In this document: in pieces, positions 1-8,567 of the stretch | How positions within the stretch are numbered: the first letter of the stretch is position 1 | How the letters are laid out: each line of letters opens with the position of its first letter | Assembly: GCA_963814875.1 (NCBI GenBank) | Contig: CAWFFJ010000018.1 | Coordinates: 333,611 to 397,610 of the forward strand | Source: an uncultured Acidobacteriota bacterium | Lineage (GTDB): Bacteria > Acidobacteriota > Thermoanaerobaculia > Thermoanaerobaculales > Sulfomarinibacteraceae | Direction: 5' to 3' | Length of the DNA stretch: 64,000 nucleotides | Notes under the pieces: generated by a model | Told to the model about the DNA's origin: nothing | The model's database searches: none | What the model saw: the letters and a program-made list of their open reading frames with translations, nothing else | Position numbers and translations under genes: made by a program

Positions 1-174
1 TCTCTTTCAATGCTGCCCAGCTGCCAAAATCGTACCACACGGGCTGAGCACCGGTCTGCCGTCAGCGCGACGGAGTTGTCCGCGACGATGCCGCCCTGCG
101 GTACACTCCGGAAACGGGAGGATCTCGCGCTTGACGGCCGACGCATACAGCTCAGCCGCACGGTCAGGTCTGGC

Positions 175-1176
175 ATGATGCGCGCGATCGTGGTCGACCG
201 CACGGGCGAGGGCTCGTCGCTGCGCCTCACCGAGGTTCTCGAGCCGACGCTCGGACCCGGCGACCTGCGGATCGCCGTCGCTTCCGCCGGTGTCAACCGC
301 GCCGACCTCCTGCAGCGACGCGGTCTTTACCCGCCGCCTCCGGGTGCCTCCGACCTCCTCGGCCTGGAGTGCGCCGGCCGCGTGGTCGAGACCGGCCGCG
401 AGGTGACCGGGTGGAGCCTGGGCGACCGGACGATGGCGCTGCTGACCGGCGGCGGCTATGCGGAGTCGGTCGTGGTCCCGGCCGGCTGCGCGATGCCGGT
501 TCCGGATGCACTCGACGACGTCGCCGCCGGCGCCGTGCCCGAGGTCTTCTTGACCGCGTTCCTGAACCTCTTCCTGCTCGGCGGGATCGAGGCCGGACAG
601 ACGGTGCTGGTCCACGGCGGCTCGGGAGGCGTTGGCACCGCGGCGATCGCCCTGTGCCGCCACAGCGGCGTGCGAGTCCTGGTGACGGCAGGCTCGCCCG
701 AACGCTGCGAGAAGTGCCGTGAGCTTGGCGCCGACGCCGCTTTCGACCACACGCGGGAGGACTGGAAGGCTGGAGTACTGAGGGAGACCGGCGGGCGTGG
801 CGTCGAGGTCGTTCTCGACTGCATCGGCGCGCCCTACCTGGCGCCCAATCTCTCCGTGCTGCGCAGCGACGGCCGCCTGGTGCTGATCGGGTCGATGGGA
901 GGTACCGAGGCCACGATCTCGCTGCGCACGCTGCTCGCCCACCGGCTGACCGTCATCGGTTCGACCCTGCGAGCGCGTCCGGTGGATGCGAAGGCACGGA
1001 TCGTCGGCGCATTCCTCGACCGGTTCGGCGGGGCCCTCGCGCGCGGCGAGGTGGCGCCCGAGATCGCAGCAGTGTTCCCTCTCAGCGAAGCCGAGGCCGC
1101 CCACCGGCTCATGAGCGACCGCGGCCACTTCGGCAAGATCGTGCTCACGGTCGCTGGAATGGCGGTCGGGTCGTGA
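175..1176 (+). CDS. NAD(P)H:quinone oxidoreductase, MDR / zeta-crystallin (PIG3-like) family
   Basis: Lies in ORF 10..1176. GroES-like N-terminus MRAIVV..GPGDLRIAV.SAGVNRADLLQRRGLYPPPPG, Rossmann motif VLVHGGSGGVGTAAI, C-terminal GHFGKIVLTV. Start moved to ATG 175 (MMRAIVV) because the 55 upstream codons do not look like this family. Confidence 0.85.
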   Translation: MMRAIVVDRTGEGSSLRLTEVLEPTLGPGDLRIAVASAGVNRADLLQRRGLYPPPPGASDLLGLECAGRVVETGREVTGWSLGDRTMALLTGGGYAESVVVPAGCAMPVPDALDDVAAGAVPEVFLTAFLNLFLLGGIEAGQTVLVHGGSGGVGTAAIALCRHSGVRVLVTAGSPERCEKCRELGADAAFDHTREDWKAGVLRETGGRGVEVVLDCIGAPYLAPNLSVLRSDGRLVLIGSMGGTEATISLRTLLAHRLTVIGSTLRARPVDAKARIVGAFLDRFGGALARGEVAPEIAAVFPLSEAEAAHRLMSDRGHFGKIVLTVAGMAVGS

Positions 1177-1216
1177 TGCGGGTGTGGGCACGACACCGCC
1201 GGACGGGAGCAGCGCC

Positions 1217-2464
1217 ATGACGTTTCTGACCGTCGCTCTGCTCGCTGCCGCGCAGCTTGCGGCTCCAGTTCCCGAGTCCTCGAGGGCCTGCGTCGAGTGT
1301 CATTCACGCGAGCGGATCGCGGCCACCTCGATGGAAACCTGGAGGACTTCGCGCCACGCCAACGTCGGCGTCGGGTGTGCCGACTGCCATCTCGCGCCGG
1401 GAGGTGACGACCAGAAGTCGCTCTGTCCCGCACCGGGGGTCCACCGCGAGGTCGCAGCGCCGGCGTGTGGAAGCTGCCATCCGCAGCAGGCCGAGCAGTT
1501 TGCTCTCGGTCGACACGCACAGGCATGGACCGCGCTCGAGCGCGTCCGCCAGGAGCTGCCGGACCTCACCGCCTCGGCCACGAGAGGGTGCGAGCTGTGC
1601 CACCGGATCGGCGCGAGTGGCGGACGCTGCGACTACTGCCACACGCGTCATGCCTTCGATCCAGCCGAGGCCCGGAGACCGGAGTCCTGCCGAGCCTGCC
1701 ACCAAGGCGCCAATCACCCCGAGTGGGACATGTTCTCGCTTTCGCGCCACGGGTCGCTCTACACCATCGCGGGCGATCGCTGGGACTGGTCACATCGAAT
1801 CGACGTGCTCTACGGCGATCGCGAGCCGCAGGTCGAGCATCCCCCGAGGGTCCCGGTCTGTACGACCTGTCACATGGCTCGGGGCGATCACGAGGTGCCT
1901 TCGGTCGATGGTGCCGCCCTGCTCGGCTTCGCCTCGGACAACGCAGAGTGGCTTGCCGACGAAGCCGTCATCCGCCGGCACTTCGGTCTCCCAAACCGGC
2001 CTGTCACCGTCCGAACGTCTGCCGCGTCCTCGCCTGCCGTCGATTCTCCAGACCCGCTGACGGGTGCTTTTCCAGGCCTGCTGGCGGCGTGCGGAGGATG
2101 CCACACCCGATCGTTTGCGGTCGCCCAGATCACGGTATGGCAGCAGGACGTCCGCGAGGCCGATCGCCTGACCGCAGAGGCGGTTCGAGCGGTCGACAGG
2201 CTCCGAGCCGACGGTCTCGTGCCGTCGACTGCAGTCATGCCGCGCTCGATCGACGAGGTCGATCTGGTCGACCCGGCAGCTTCGGTCGAGGCACGCCTGT
2301 GGCGGATGGTCCTGACCGACCGCGTCAGACTCGTTCTCGGGATCTTCCACCAGGACCCGGACTATGGGCGCCAACAGGGCTGGAGCGATCTCCGCGCCGA
2401 TCTCAGAGCCATCACCGATCAGGCTTCCGCGCTGCGCGCGACCGCCGCCAAGGGCGCGAGCTGA
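1217..2464 (+). CDS. octaheme c-type cytochrome, hydroxylamine-oxidoreductase-like multiheme family, secreted
   Basis: Eight CXXCH motifs read directly: CVECH, CADCH, CGSCH, CELCH, CDYCH, CRACH, CTTCH, CGGCH. HAO-style context CDYCHTRHAF and CRACHQGANHPEWDMFSLSRHG. Signal-like N-terminus MTFLTVALLAAAQLAAP from ATG 1217; the ORF opens at 1184. Confidence 0.85.
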   Translation: MTFLTVALLAAAQLAAPVPESSRACVECHSRERIAATSMETWRTSRHANVGVGCADCHLAPGGDDQKSLCPAPGVHREVAAPACGSCHPQQAEQFALGRHAQAWTALERVRQELPDLTASATRGCELCHRIGASGGRCDYCHTRHAFDPAEARRPESCRACHQGANHPEWDMFSLSRHGSLYTIAGDRWDWSHRIDVLYGDREPQVEHPPRVPVCTTCHMARGDHEVPSVDGAALLGFASDNAEWLADEAVIRRHFGLPNRPVTVRTSAASSPAVDSPDPLTGAFPGLLAACGGCHTRSFAVAQITVWQQDVREADRLTAEAVRAVDRLRADGLVPSTAVMPRSIDEVDLVDPAASVEARLWRMVLTDRVRLVLGIFHQDPDYGRQQGWSDLRADLRAITDQASALRATAAKGAS

Positions 2465-2498
2465 GACGGATCCTCGCTCCCGACGGTCGACAATGATC

Positions 2499-4124
2499 TC
2501 AGGAGTCCGATGACGAATCGGCAGTCGGCGCCTGAGCGTCGAACGGCCCGGAGGCCGAAACCTCGGAGGGCACCGCGGTGACCGGCAACACGACGGTGAA
2601 GGTGGAGCCCTCCCCCACCTTACTTTCGACCCGGAGGAACCCGCCCAGCTTGCGCACGATGCCCTGAGAAACGGACAGGCCGAGACCGGTCCCTCTGCCC
2701 TTGGGCTTGGTGGTGAAGAACGGCTCGAAGACACGCGGCAAGACGTGCTCCGGGATGCCCGGCCCGTTGTCACGGACGTCGACTGAGAGGTAGCCCTCCT
2801 CGCGATCAGGATGGACCGAGATCGAGATTCTCCCGTGCTCGGGGACGACGTCGAGCGCGTTGATGATCAGGTTGACGAAGACTTGGGTGAGCATCTGACG
2901 ATCACCGTGGATCGGCGGCAGGGTTTCGGGCACCACGACCTCGAGGCGGGCGCGGGCCATCCGCACCTGGTTGGCGACCAGCTGGACGGCCTCATTGACG
3001 ATGCGGCCGACGTCGAGAGGTTCGATCCTGGTCTCGCTCTCGCGAGCGAAGTCGAGCAGGTTGCGCACGATCTTCCGGGAACGCTCGGTCTCGGACAGGA
3101 TGTCGCGGACCATCTCCAGCGTCTCGCCGGCCTCGAGGGTGGCAAAGTCCTCCTCGATCATCGCCGCGGTGAGCATGACGTTGTTGAGAGGGTTGTTGAG
3201 CTCGTGGGCAACGCCGGCGACCAGGGTTCCAATCGCCCGTAGCTTGTGCGACTCCACCAGGATCCGCTGGCGGTACTCGAGCTCGCGCACCATCCGGTTC
3301 AGGGCCAGCGCGAGCTCGGAGAACTCGTCGCGGTACCTGCGAGCCGGCATGATCGGCGTGAAGTCGCCGGCACCGATCCGGCGGGTGTAGTCGGTGAACC
3401 GCTGCAGCACCGTGATCAGCTGGTGTGCGAAGAACACGCCAATGACGACGCTGAGCACCAGCACCGCGGCGAGGAAGACGAAGGGCATCCGGCGTGCAAG
3501 CCTGAGCATCCGGTGGATGGCCTCCCGCTCCTTGGCGCGGAACTCCAGGGCCATCGACACCATCTGGGCGCCGCTGCGACGCAGCTCCGCCTCGACGCCC
3601 TTCTTGACCGCCTCGTCGCGGACCTCGCCAAGCTGCTCGAGCTCCGAGCGGTAGTCCTTCGCGTGGCGCCGCATGGTCGCGAGCCCGTTTTCACCGACGA
3701 CCTTGCGGACACGGTCTTCGCCCTCGTCGAGGAGAGTGACGGCGTTGTCGAGGTGCTGAATCGCGTCTTCGAGATTGGTCCCATAGAGCAAGAAGTTCTT
3801 CTCGTACCGACGCGCCTCCTGGACCTCACTGCCGTAGCTGTCCGCAACCTCGAGGAAGTGGATCCGGTCCTCGACATCGGAGAGTGCGTACATTGACCAC
3901 AGGGTGATGATCACGCACAGCGAGAAGATCAGTCCGAGCGCGACGGTCAGCCGGGCGCGGACGGTCACTGTGGGGCGTCGCAGCAGCGCGACGTCGAATG
4001 CGTCGGTTCGATCGTCGTCCCCCGCCGACCACCCCATCGCCTCCTCGGACGTTAGGACGCCGGCAAGCGTCGGCGGCGCCTTCTCCAGACTGTCGGCGCT
4101 CGTCCTCTGCGCCGAGTCGGTCAC
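2499..4124 (-). CDS. sensor histidine kinase (2 TM, helical sensor domain, HAMP, HisKA, HATPase_c)
   Basis: H-box [17 protein letters not shown]-like [31 protein letters not shown] boxes [25 protein letters not shown] start at 4124 lies one nt after the TGA of the upstream receiver gene. Confidence 0.9.
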   Translation of the reverse strand: MTDSAQRTSADSLEKAPPTLAGVLTSEEAMGWSAGDDDRTDAFDVALLRRPTVTVRARLTVALGLIFSLCVIITLWSMYALSDVEDRIHFLEVADSYGSEVQEARRYEKNFLLYGTNLEDAIQHLDNAVTLLDEGEDRVRKVVGENGLATMRRHAKDYRSELEQLGEVRDEAVKKGVEAELRRSGAQMVSMALEFRAKEREAIHRMLRLARRMPFVFLAAVLVLSVVIGVFFAHQLITVLQRFTDYTRRIGAGDFTPIMPARRYRDEFSELALALNRMVRELEYRQRILVESHKLRAIGTLVAGVAHELNNPLNNVMLTAAMIEEDFATLEAGETLEMVRDILSETERSRKIVRNLLDFARESETRIEPLDVGRIVNEAVQLVANQVRMARARLEVVVPETLPPIHGDRQMLTQVFVNLIINALDVVPEHGRISISVHPDREEGYLSVDVRDNGPGIPEHVLPRVFEPFFTTKPKGRGTGLGLSVSQGIVRKLGGFLRVESKVGEGSTFTVVLPVTAVPSEVSASGPFDAQAPTADSSSDS

Positions 4125-4125
4125 C

Positions 4126-4533
4126 TCAGCCCCCGGATGGTCGCGGTTGGAGAGAGCTCGCAGCCTTCTCGATCACGGCCCTGAGGTCTTGCGGCTTGAA
4201 CGGTTTGGCGATGAAGTCGAAGGCGCCCTTGGCGAGCGCCTCATGAGCCAGCTCGACGGTGGCGTACCCGGTGATCAGGATGACTCTGGTCCGCTGGGAC
4301 ATCGTCTGCACCGCCTCGAGCACCTGGATGCCGTCGACGTCGTCCATCCTCACGTCGGTCACCACGATGTCGAACTCGTGTTCGCCGAGACGTGCCAGCG
4401 CAGCCCTGGCGTCCTCGAAGACCTCGATCCGATGCCCTTCTTTCTCCAGTGCGGGCTTCAACCGCTTGCCGACGATCGGCTCGTCATCGAGCACCAGGAT
4501 GTCGAGCTTGCTGCCCATGGCCTGCCTCCCCAC
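4126..4533 (-). CDS. response regulator, receiver domain only (no output domain)
   Basis: ILVLDDEP, phospho-acceptor context VVTDVRMDDVDG, ILITGYAT, KPFK. About 135 aa with no room for an effector domain. Confidence 0.9.
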   Translation of the reverse strand: MGRQAMGSKLDILVLDDEPIVGKRLKPALEKEGHRIEVFEDARAALARLGEHEFDIVVTDVRMDDVDGIQVLEAVQTMSQRTRVILITGYATVELAHEALAKGAFDFIAKPFKPQDLRAVIEKAASSLQPRPSGG

Positions 4534-4686
4534 AGTTCACCCCGACGCCGCGGAACGCTCGTCCCGCTGCGTCACCGTCCGCTGGTTCGCGCCGACCCGA
4601 CTCGAACGCGCCCCCAAACCGATGACCACACCGCCAGTCGCCTCGGAGAGCGTCCGCTGGAGCCCGCGGGTGCGGCGCGGAAGCCC

Positions 4687-5793
4687 TCACACAGGAGCCT
4701 GCTCGACTCGACCCACCGAGAGGCTCTCCCGAATCTTGCGCCTCTCGAAGAAGGCCCGGAACACGAAGTAGAGAATGATCGCCGTGCCGCCGATGCCGCT
4801 CACGTAGAGCAGCCCCTTGCTGACGGCCTGGAACAGCGTGTCATAACCGGGGTCGAAACGGATCAACCCCAACTTGCGCAGGTACACCGGGGTCGCGACC
4901 AGACGCGAGATCACGCAGAGCAGGATGATGACCGCCGTTGCGAGACGGATCACGACCTCCTTGACCACCTTCGTACCGTAGGCTCCGATGTGGATCCCGA
5001 TCAGAGAGCCGAGGAAGAGCAGCATGGTCAGGCGCAGGTCCACCATGCCCTCCAGGGCGTAGTTGAGCGCGCCGAACGCGCCCATGAACATCGCCAGGTA
5101 GAGCTCACTCCCGGCGGCGACCTGGGCCGACACGCCGAAGACATAGATCATCGCAGGCACTCCGATGAAGCCGCCGACGCCGATCGTCCCGGCGAGGTAC
5201 CCGGTGGCGAGCCCGCAGATCATGACCACCCACAGCGACACCCGGACGTCGGCGACCGGGAAGTAGATCATCGGGTGGAGTCGAAAACGGTTGAGGAAGT
5301 CGACGATCTTCCGCGACGGCCCAAACTCGCCTTCGGCACGGCGCGAGCTCACGATGTCGCGCAGCATCGAGACCGACACCACAGCCAGTATGACGACGAA
5401 CACGACGCTGATGTACAGGTCGGCCCCGGCGCCCCGCGCGGTGGAGTGACTGTCGCCCCCGTCCTGGAACATCAGCTTCATCACCCAGACGGCGAGCCGG
5501 ATCCCGATCGCCGCGGTGGCCAGCATGAAGACCGACAGCTTCTTGTCCACGTGGCCCATTTGGCCGTGCCGCCGTGACCCGACCAACGCTTTGCCGAACT
5601 TGTGGGTGATGTTGGAGCCGACCGCGATGGGTCCCAGCACACCCAGGTTCATCATCCCGGGCGTCATGAAGAAGGCGCCGCCGCTGCCGATGAACCCGCT
5701 CAGCACACCGCCGATGAAGCCAAGCATGACGACCTGAGCTGCAGTGGACCAACTCAGGTGAATGAAGAGTCCCAGGATCGCGTCCGGTTGCAT
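4687..5793 (-). CDS. TauE/SafE (DUF81) family anion permease, long form
   Basis: Polytopic membrane protein with duplicated TauE signature GFIGSGGAFFMTPGMM and GTIGVGGFIGVPAMIY. GAGGGAGGGG RBS precedes ATG 5793. Confidence 0.85.
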   Translation of the reverse strand: MQPDAILGLFIHLSWSTAAQVVMLGFIGGVLSGFIGSGGAFFMTPGMMNLGVLGPIAVGSNITHKFGKALVGSRRHGQMGHVDKKLSVFMLATAAIGIRLAVWVMKLMFQDGGDSHSTARGAGADLYISVVFVVILAVVSVSMLRDIVSSRRAEGEFGPSRKIVDFLNRFRLHPMIYFPVADVRVSLWVVMICGLATGYLAGTIGVGGFIGVPAMIYVFGVSAQVAAGSELYLAMFMGAFGALNYALEGMVDLRLTMLLFLGSLIGIHIGAYGTKVVKEVVIRLATAVIILLCVISRLVATPVYLRKLGLIRFDPGYDTLFQAVSKGLLYVSGIGGTAIILYFVFRAFFERRKIRESLSVGRVEQAPV

Positions 5794-5835
5794 GCCGTCC
5801 CCTCCCTCACCACCAGATCGTCGCCGCCGTGCAGA

Positions 5836-7341
5836 TCACTCGAATCGCGCCAGCCGCAGCAGGTTGTGCGCCGCGGTACCCCACAGATAGGCGATCAGCG
5901 GTGCGGTCAGGGTGACCACGGTCACCGCCAGCGCCCGCTCCGTCGTGCCCTCGCTGCGCAGGAAGGCGAGCAGCTCCTCCTGGTGGGTGAAGGTCACGAG
6001 GTAGAGGAGAGCCGTGAGACCGCCCGTCGCGAGCAGCTGGAGCCACTGCTTGGCGCCGAACAGGTAACGGGTCTTGAGCTCCTCCGCCCCGATCACTGGC
6101 ACACGGAGTCGCTCCCCGAGACGGCTGGCGAGGTCCCGGGTCAGGCGCTTGCGAATCGCCTCGCCCCGGCTCAGGAAGAGCTCGTCGACGACGACGAGGC
6201 TCACATTGGCGACATTGCACAGGCTGCCGATCAGGGACTGCTGACCGCCGCACACGCTGCATTGGGCGCCTGCCCTGCCGGCTTGGATCAGGCGGTGAAC
6301 GGTTTGCCGCACGCCACCGTCGTCGCTCTCCGAGGCCATCACCCCGGCATCGTCGAGGATCCCGCCGTCTCCCCCGGACAGGCTCGGTGCAGCCTCGGCC
6401 ACCACCGGGTCGACCGCTTCTGCTCCGTCCGCCTCGGGCAGCAGTCGCACCACGTCGATCGCTGCGTCCCAGCGTCCCGCCAGATCGAGCAGGCTGGCCA
6501 TGGTCGCCGACTCCGGATCGAAACGCTCCTGGACCCACAGAATGGTCGATGCGGCGACCGTGCACCGCAGCTGTCGGATCTCCGCGACCCCCGAGAGCAC
6601 CTCGCCGACCGCTTCGGCGATGGTGGACTGCCGTGGCGGGTAGGTGACCGACACGCTCCCGATCTCCGCGCGCACCTGAGCGTTGAGGTCCCGGGTCCGC
6701 GGGTCGTCGGCAAGAACCAGCCGGCACCTTGCGGCGAGCAGCAGGTTCTCGAGACGGCGCTCCCCGGCCGGCGTCGCAGTGAACTCCGGGAGCTGTGCCA
6801 TCGACACCAGTGCGGTCGCGATGTTGGCGACCGTCAGCTTCGAGCAGTTGACGGTGAGGTTGAACAGTGACGGGTCGTTGATGTCGAGGTCGTACATCGT
6901 CCGGATCCACCGCCGGATGTCATCATCGACCTGACTGACGTACTCCTTCGCCTTCTCGCGGCTGAGATGGAGGCGGTCCACCACCCCGTCGTAGCGGTCC
7001 TCAACATCGGTCAGCGCGCGGACGCGCAGGATGTGCTGGACCCCCGGCAGCACCAGGTGGCCGGCTCGCCCGTGGTACACGAGCGGGGCCTCCAGAACGC
7101 GCTCGCACAGCGTCATGGTCACGAACGCCTTGTAGCGTTCAGCCAGCAGTCCGAGCGCCTCGGTGAGGGGCCGCCGCTTGACCACCGCTTCCTCGAGCTT
7201 CCCGACCGGGATACCGTGCTGGGTTGCCGCCTCGATCACATCCTCGCGGCTGAGGCAACGGCACCCCAAGCAGTCGGCCAGGCGCTCGGCGAGCTCACGC
7301 CCCCGCCTGTAGCTCCCGCGTGACACGAAGATCGTCTGCAT
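5836..7341 (-). CDS. cytidylate-kinase-like family protein, degenerate P-loop, C-terminal membrane anchor
   Basis: N-terminus IFVSRGSYRRGRELAERLADCLG, plus HILRVRALTDVEDR and LSREKAKEYVSQVDDDIRRW, resembles the Cytidylate_kin2 family but lacks GxxGxGK[ST]. Two C-terminal hydrophobic helices (WLQLLATGGLTALLYLVTF, ALAVTVVTLTAPLIAYLWG). Start set to ATG 7341, which is preceded by GGGAGGGAGG; the ORF opens at 7377. Confidence 0.7.
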   Translation of the reverse strand: MQTIFVSRGSYRRGRELAERLADCLGCRCLSREDVIEAATQHGIPVGKLEEAVVKRRPLTEALGLLAERYKAFVTMTLCERVLEAPLVYHGRAGHLVLPGVQHILRVRALTDVEDRYDGVVDRLHLSREKAKEYVSQVDDDIRRWIRTMYDLDINDPSLFNLTVNCSKLTVANIATALVSMAQLPEFTATPAGERRLENLLLAARCRLVLADDPRTRDLNAQVRAEIGSVSVTYPPRQSTIAEAVGEVLSGVAEIRQLRCTVAASTILWVQERFDPESATMASLLDLAGRWDAAIDVVRLLPEADGAEAVDPVVAEAAPSLSGGDGGILDDAGVMASESDDGGVRQTVHRLIQAGRAGAQCSVCGGQQSLIGSLCNVANVSLVVVDELFLSRGEAIRKRLTRDLASRLGERLRVPVIGAEELKTRYLFGAKQWLQLLATGGLTALLYLVTFTHQEELLAFLRSEGTTERALAVTVVTLTAPLIAYLWGTAAHNLLRLARFE

Positions 7342-7679
7342 GCGCCTCCCTCCCAACCGTGACTGCGGGATCCGCACGCACTCCGACGGGAGTCCGCGTC
7401 AACTCCGATCCGAGCCGACGGCGCGATCCGCTCCTGTCACAGAGGCATGCGGCCATGTCAAACCCATCGTATGCAAGAAACCGATCACCGCAGGAACCGA
7501 GAAAACTGCTGTCCACGCACATCTGGAGAAGAGACCGCGAACGGTAGCGAGTGAAGCTCGTAACCTGTTGTGGCATGGTGTTACGTCTGTGTAACCCCGG
7601 AGTACCTGCCCGAAGTGACCGGGCTCGCCCGGCTCGGCGGTGGGCCTCGAGTCCTGACCCCAGGTGAGCCGCCATCGTC

Positions 7680-8054
7680 CTAGCCGTCGTCTCCTGCAAT
7701 CCTCAGCACGAGGTCGCGAAGCTGGCTGATCTTGAAGGGCTTGGGAAGAAAGTCGACCGCGCCTCCCTTCAGAGCCTCCCGAGCCGTCTCGACCGTGGCG
7801 AAGCCGGTAATGATGATCACCTTGGTGTCCATGGTCTGCTCGCGGACGAAGCGCAGCACGTCGAGACCATCCGGCTTCCGCATCTTCAGATCGGTGATGA
7901 AGATGTCGAAATGCTCGCGGGCGAAGCAGTCGATCGCTTCCTGGCTGTCGGTGAAGGTCTCGACGCTGAAGCCGACCTTCTCGAGAGCGGGTCGAAGCCG
8001 ATCGCAGACAATGGCCTCGTCGTCAAGGATGATGATTCGCTTTTTCGCCTTCAT
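7680..8054 (-). CDS. response regulator, receiver domain only
   Basis: IIILDDEA, FITDLKMRKPDG, IIITGFAT, PKPFK. CAGGAGGG RBS precedes ATG 8054. Confidence 0.9.
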   Translation of the reverse strand: MKAKKRIIILDDEAIVCDRLRPALEKVGFSVETFTDSQEAIDCFAREHFDIFITDLKMRKPDGLDVLRFVREQTMDTKVIIITGFATVETAREALKGGAVDFLPKPFKISQLRDLVLRIAGDDG

Positions 8055-8139
8055 CGCCGCCCTCCTGCCGCGCCGATCCGCTCGTCCCCGGACGGCCGGT
8101 CCGACTTCGGAAGCAAGACCACCTCACCCGAGTCCCCGG

Positions 8140-8538
8140 TTACGAGGATGCCCGCCGAGCCAGCCGCTCCGCCTTCTTGGCCGCTTTCTTCACCATCGAC
8201 CCGACCGCTTCGAGGCGGAAGGGCTTGGAGACGAAGCCGTAGACCCCACTGTACTCGGCCTCTCGCTCCGACTCGATGGTGGCATAACCGGTCACGATGA
8301 TCACCTGGGTTGCCGGGCTCGTCCTGCGGACGTGGTGCAGCACGTCGAGGCCGTCCGGGGCCTTCATCTTGAGATCGGTGACGACTACGTCGAACGACTT
8401 CTCGGTCAGCCGGGCGACCGCTTTTTCGCTCTCGGTGTACGTCTCGACATCCAGCCCCTGCTTCTTTAAGTGGTCGCGCAGTCGATTGCAGACAATCTCC
8501 TCGTCATCGATGACCATCACCTGACCGTTTCGGTCCAT
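8140..8538 (-). CDS. response regulator, receiver domain only
   Basis: VMVIDDEE, VVTDLKMKAPDG, IIVTGYAT, SKPFR. Start set to ATG 8538 (GGGGAGGG RBS); the ORF opens at 8616 but would then overlap the upstream gene. Confidence 0.85.
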   Translation of the reverse strand: MDRNGQVMVIDDEEIVCNRLRDHLKKQGLDVETYTESEKAVARLTEKSFDVVVTDLKMKAPDGLDVLHHVRRTSPATQVIIVTGYATIESEREAEYSGVYGFVSKPFRLEAVGSMVKKAAKKAERLARRASS

Positions 8539-8567
8539 GACACCCTCCCCGAGCCGCTGCTCACGGA

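Noticed and set aside
7-1218. 403-aa minus-strand ORF at the window start
   Set aside because: It is antisense to the clearly recognisable quinone oxidoreductase and is Arg/Ala/Gly-rich with no motif.
5602-6910. Overlapping ORFs 5602..6870 (+) and 5807..6910 (-) across the CK-like gene
   Set aside because: Both are compositionally biased alternative frames of the region. The 5836..7341 frame is the only one with family-like motifs, TM helices and an RBS.
7571-7585. TGGCATGGTGTTACG on the plus strand in the 7342-7679 spacer
   Set aside because: The -12 element is absent (TACG), and the orientation is opposite to all neighbouring genes.
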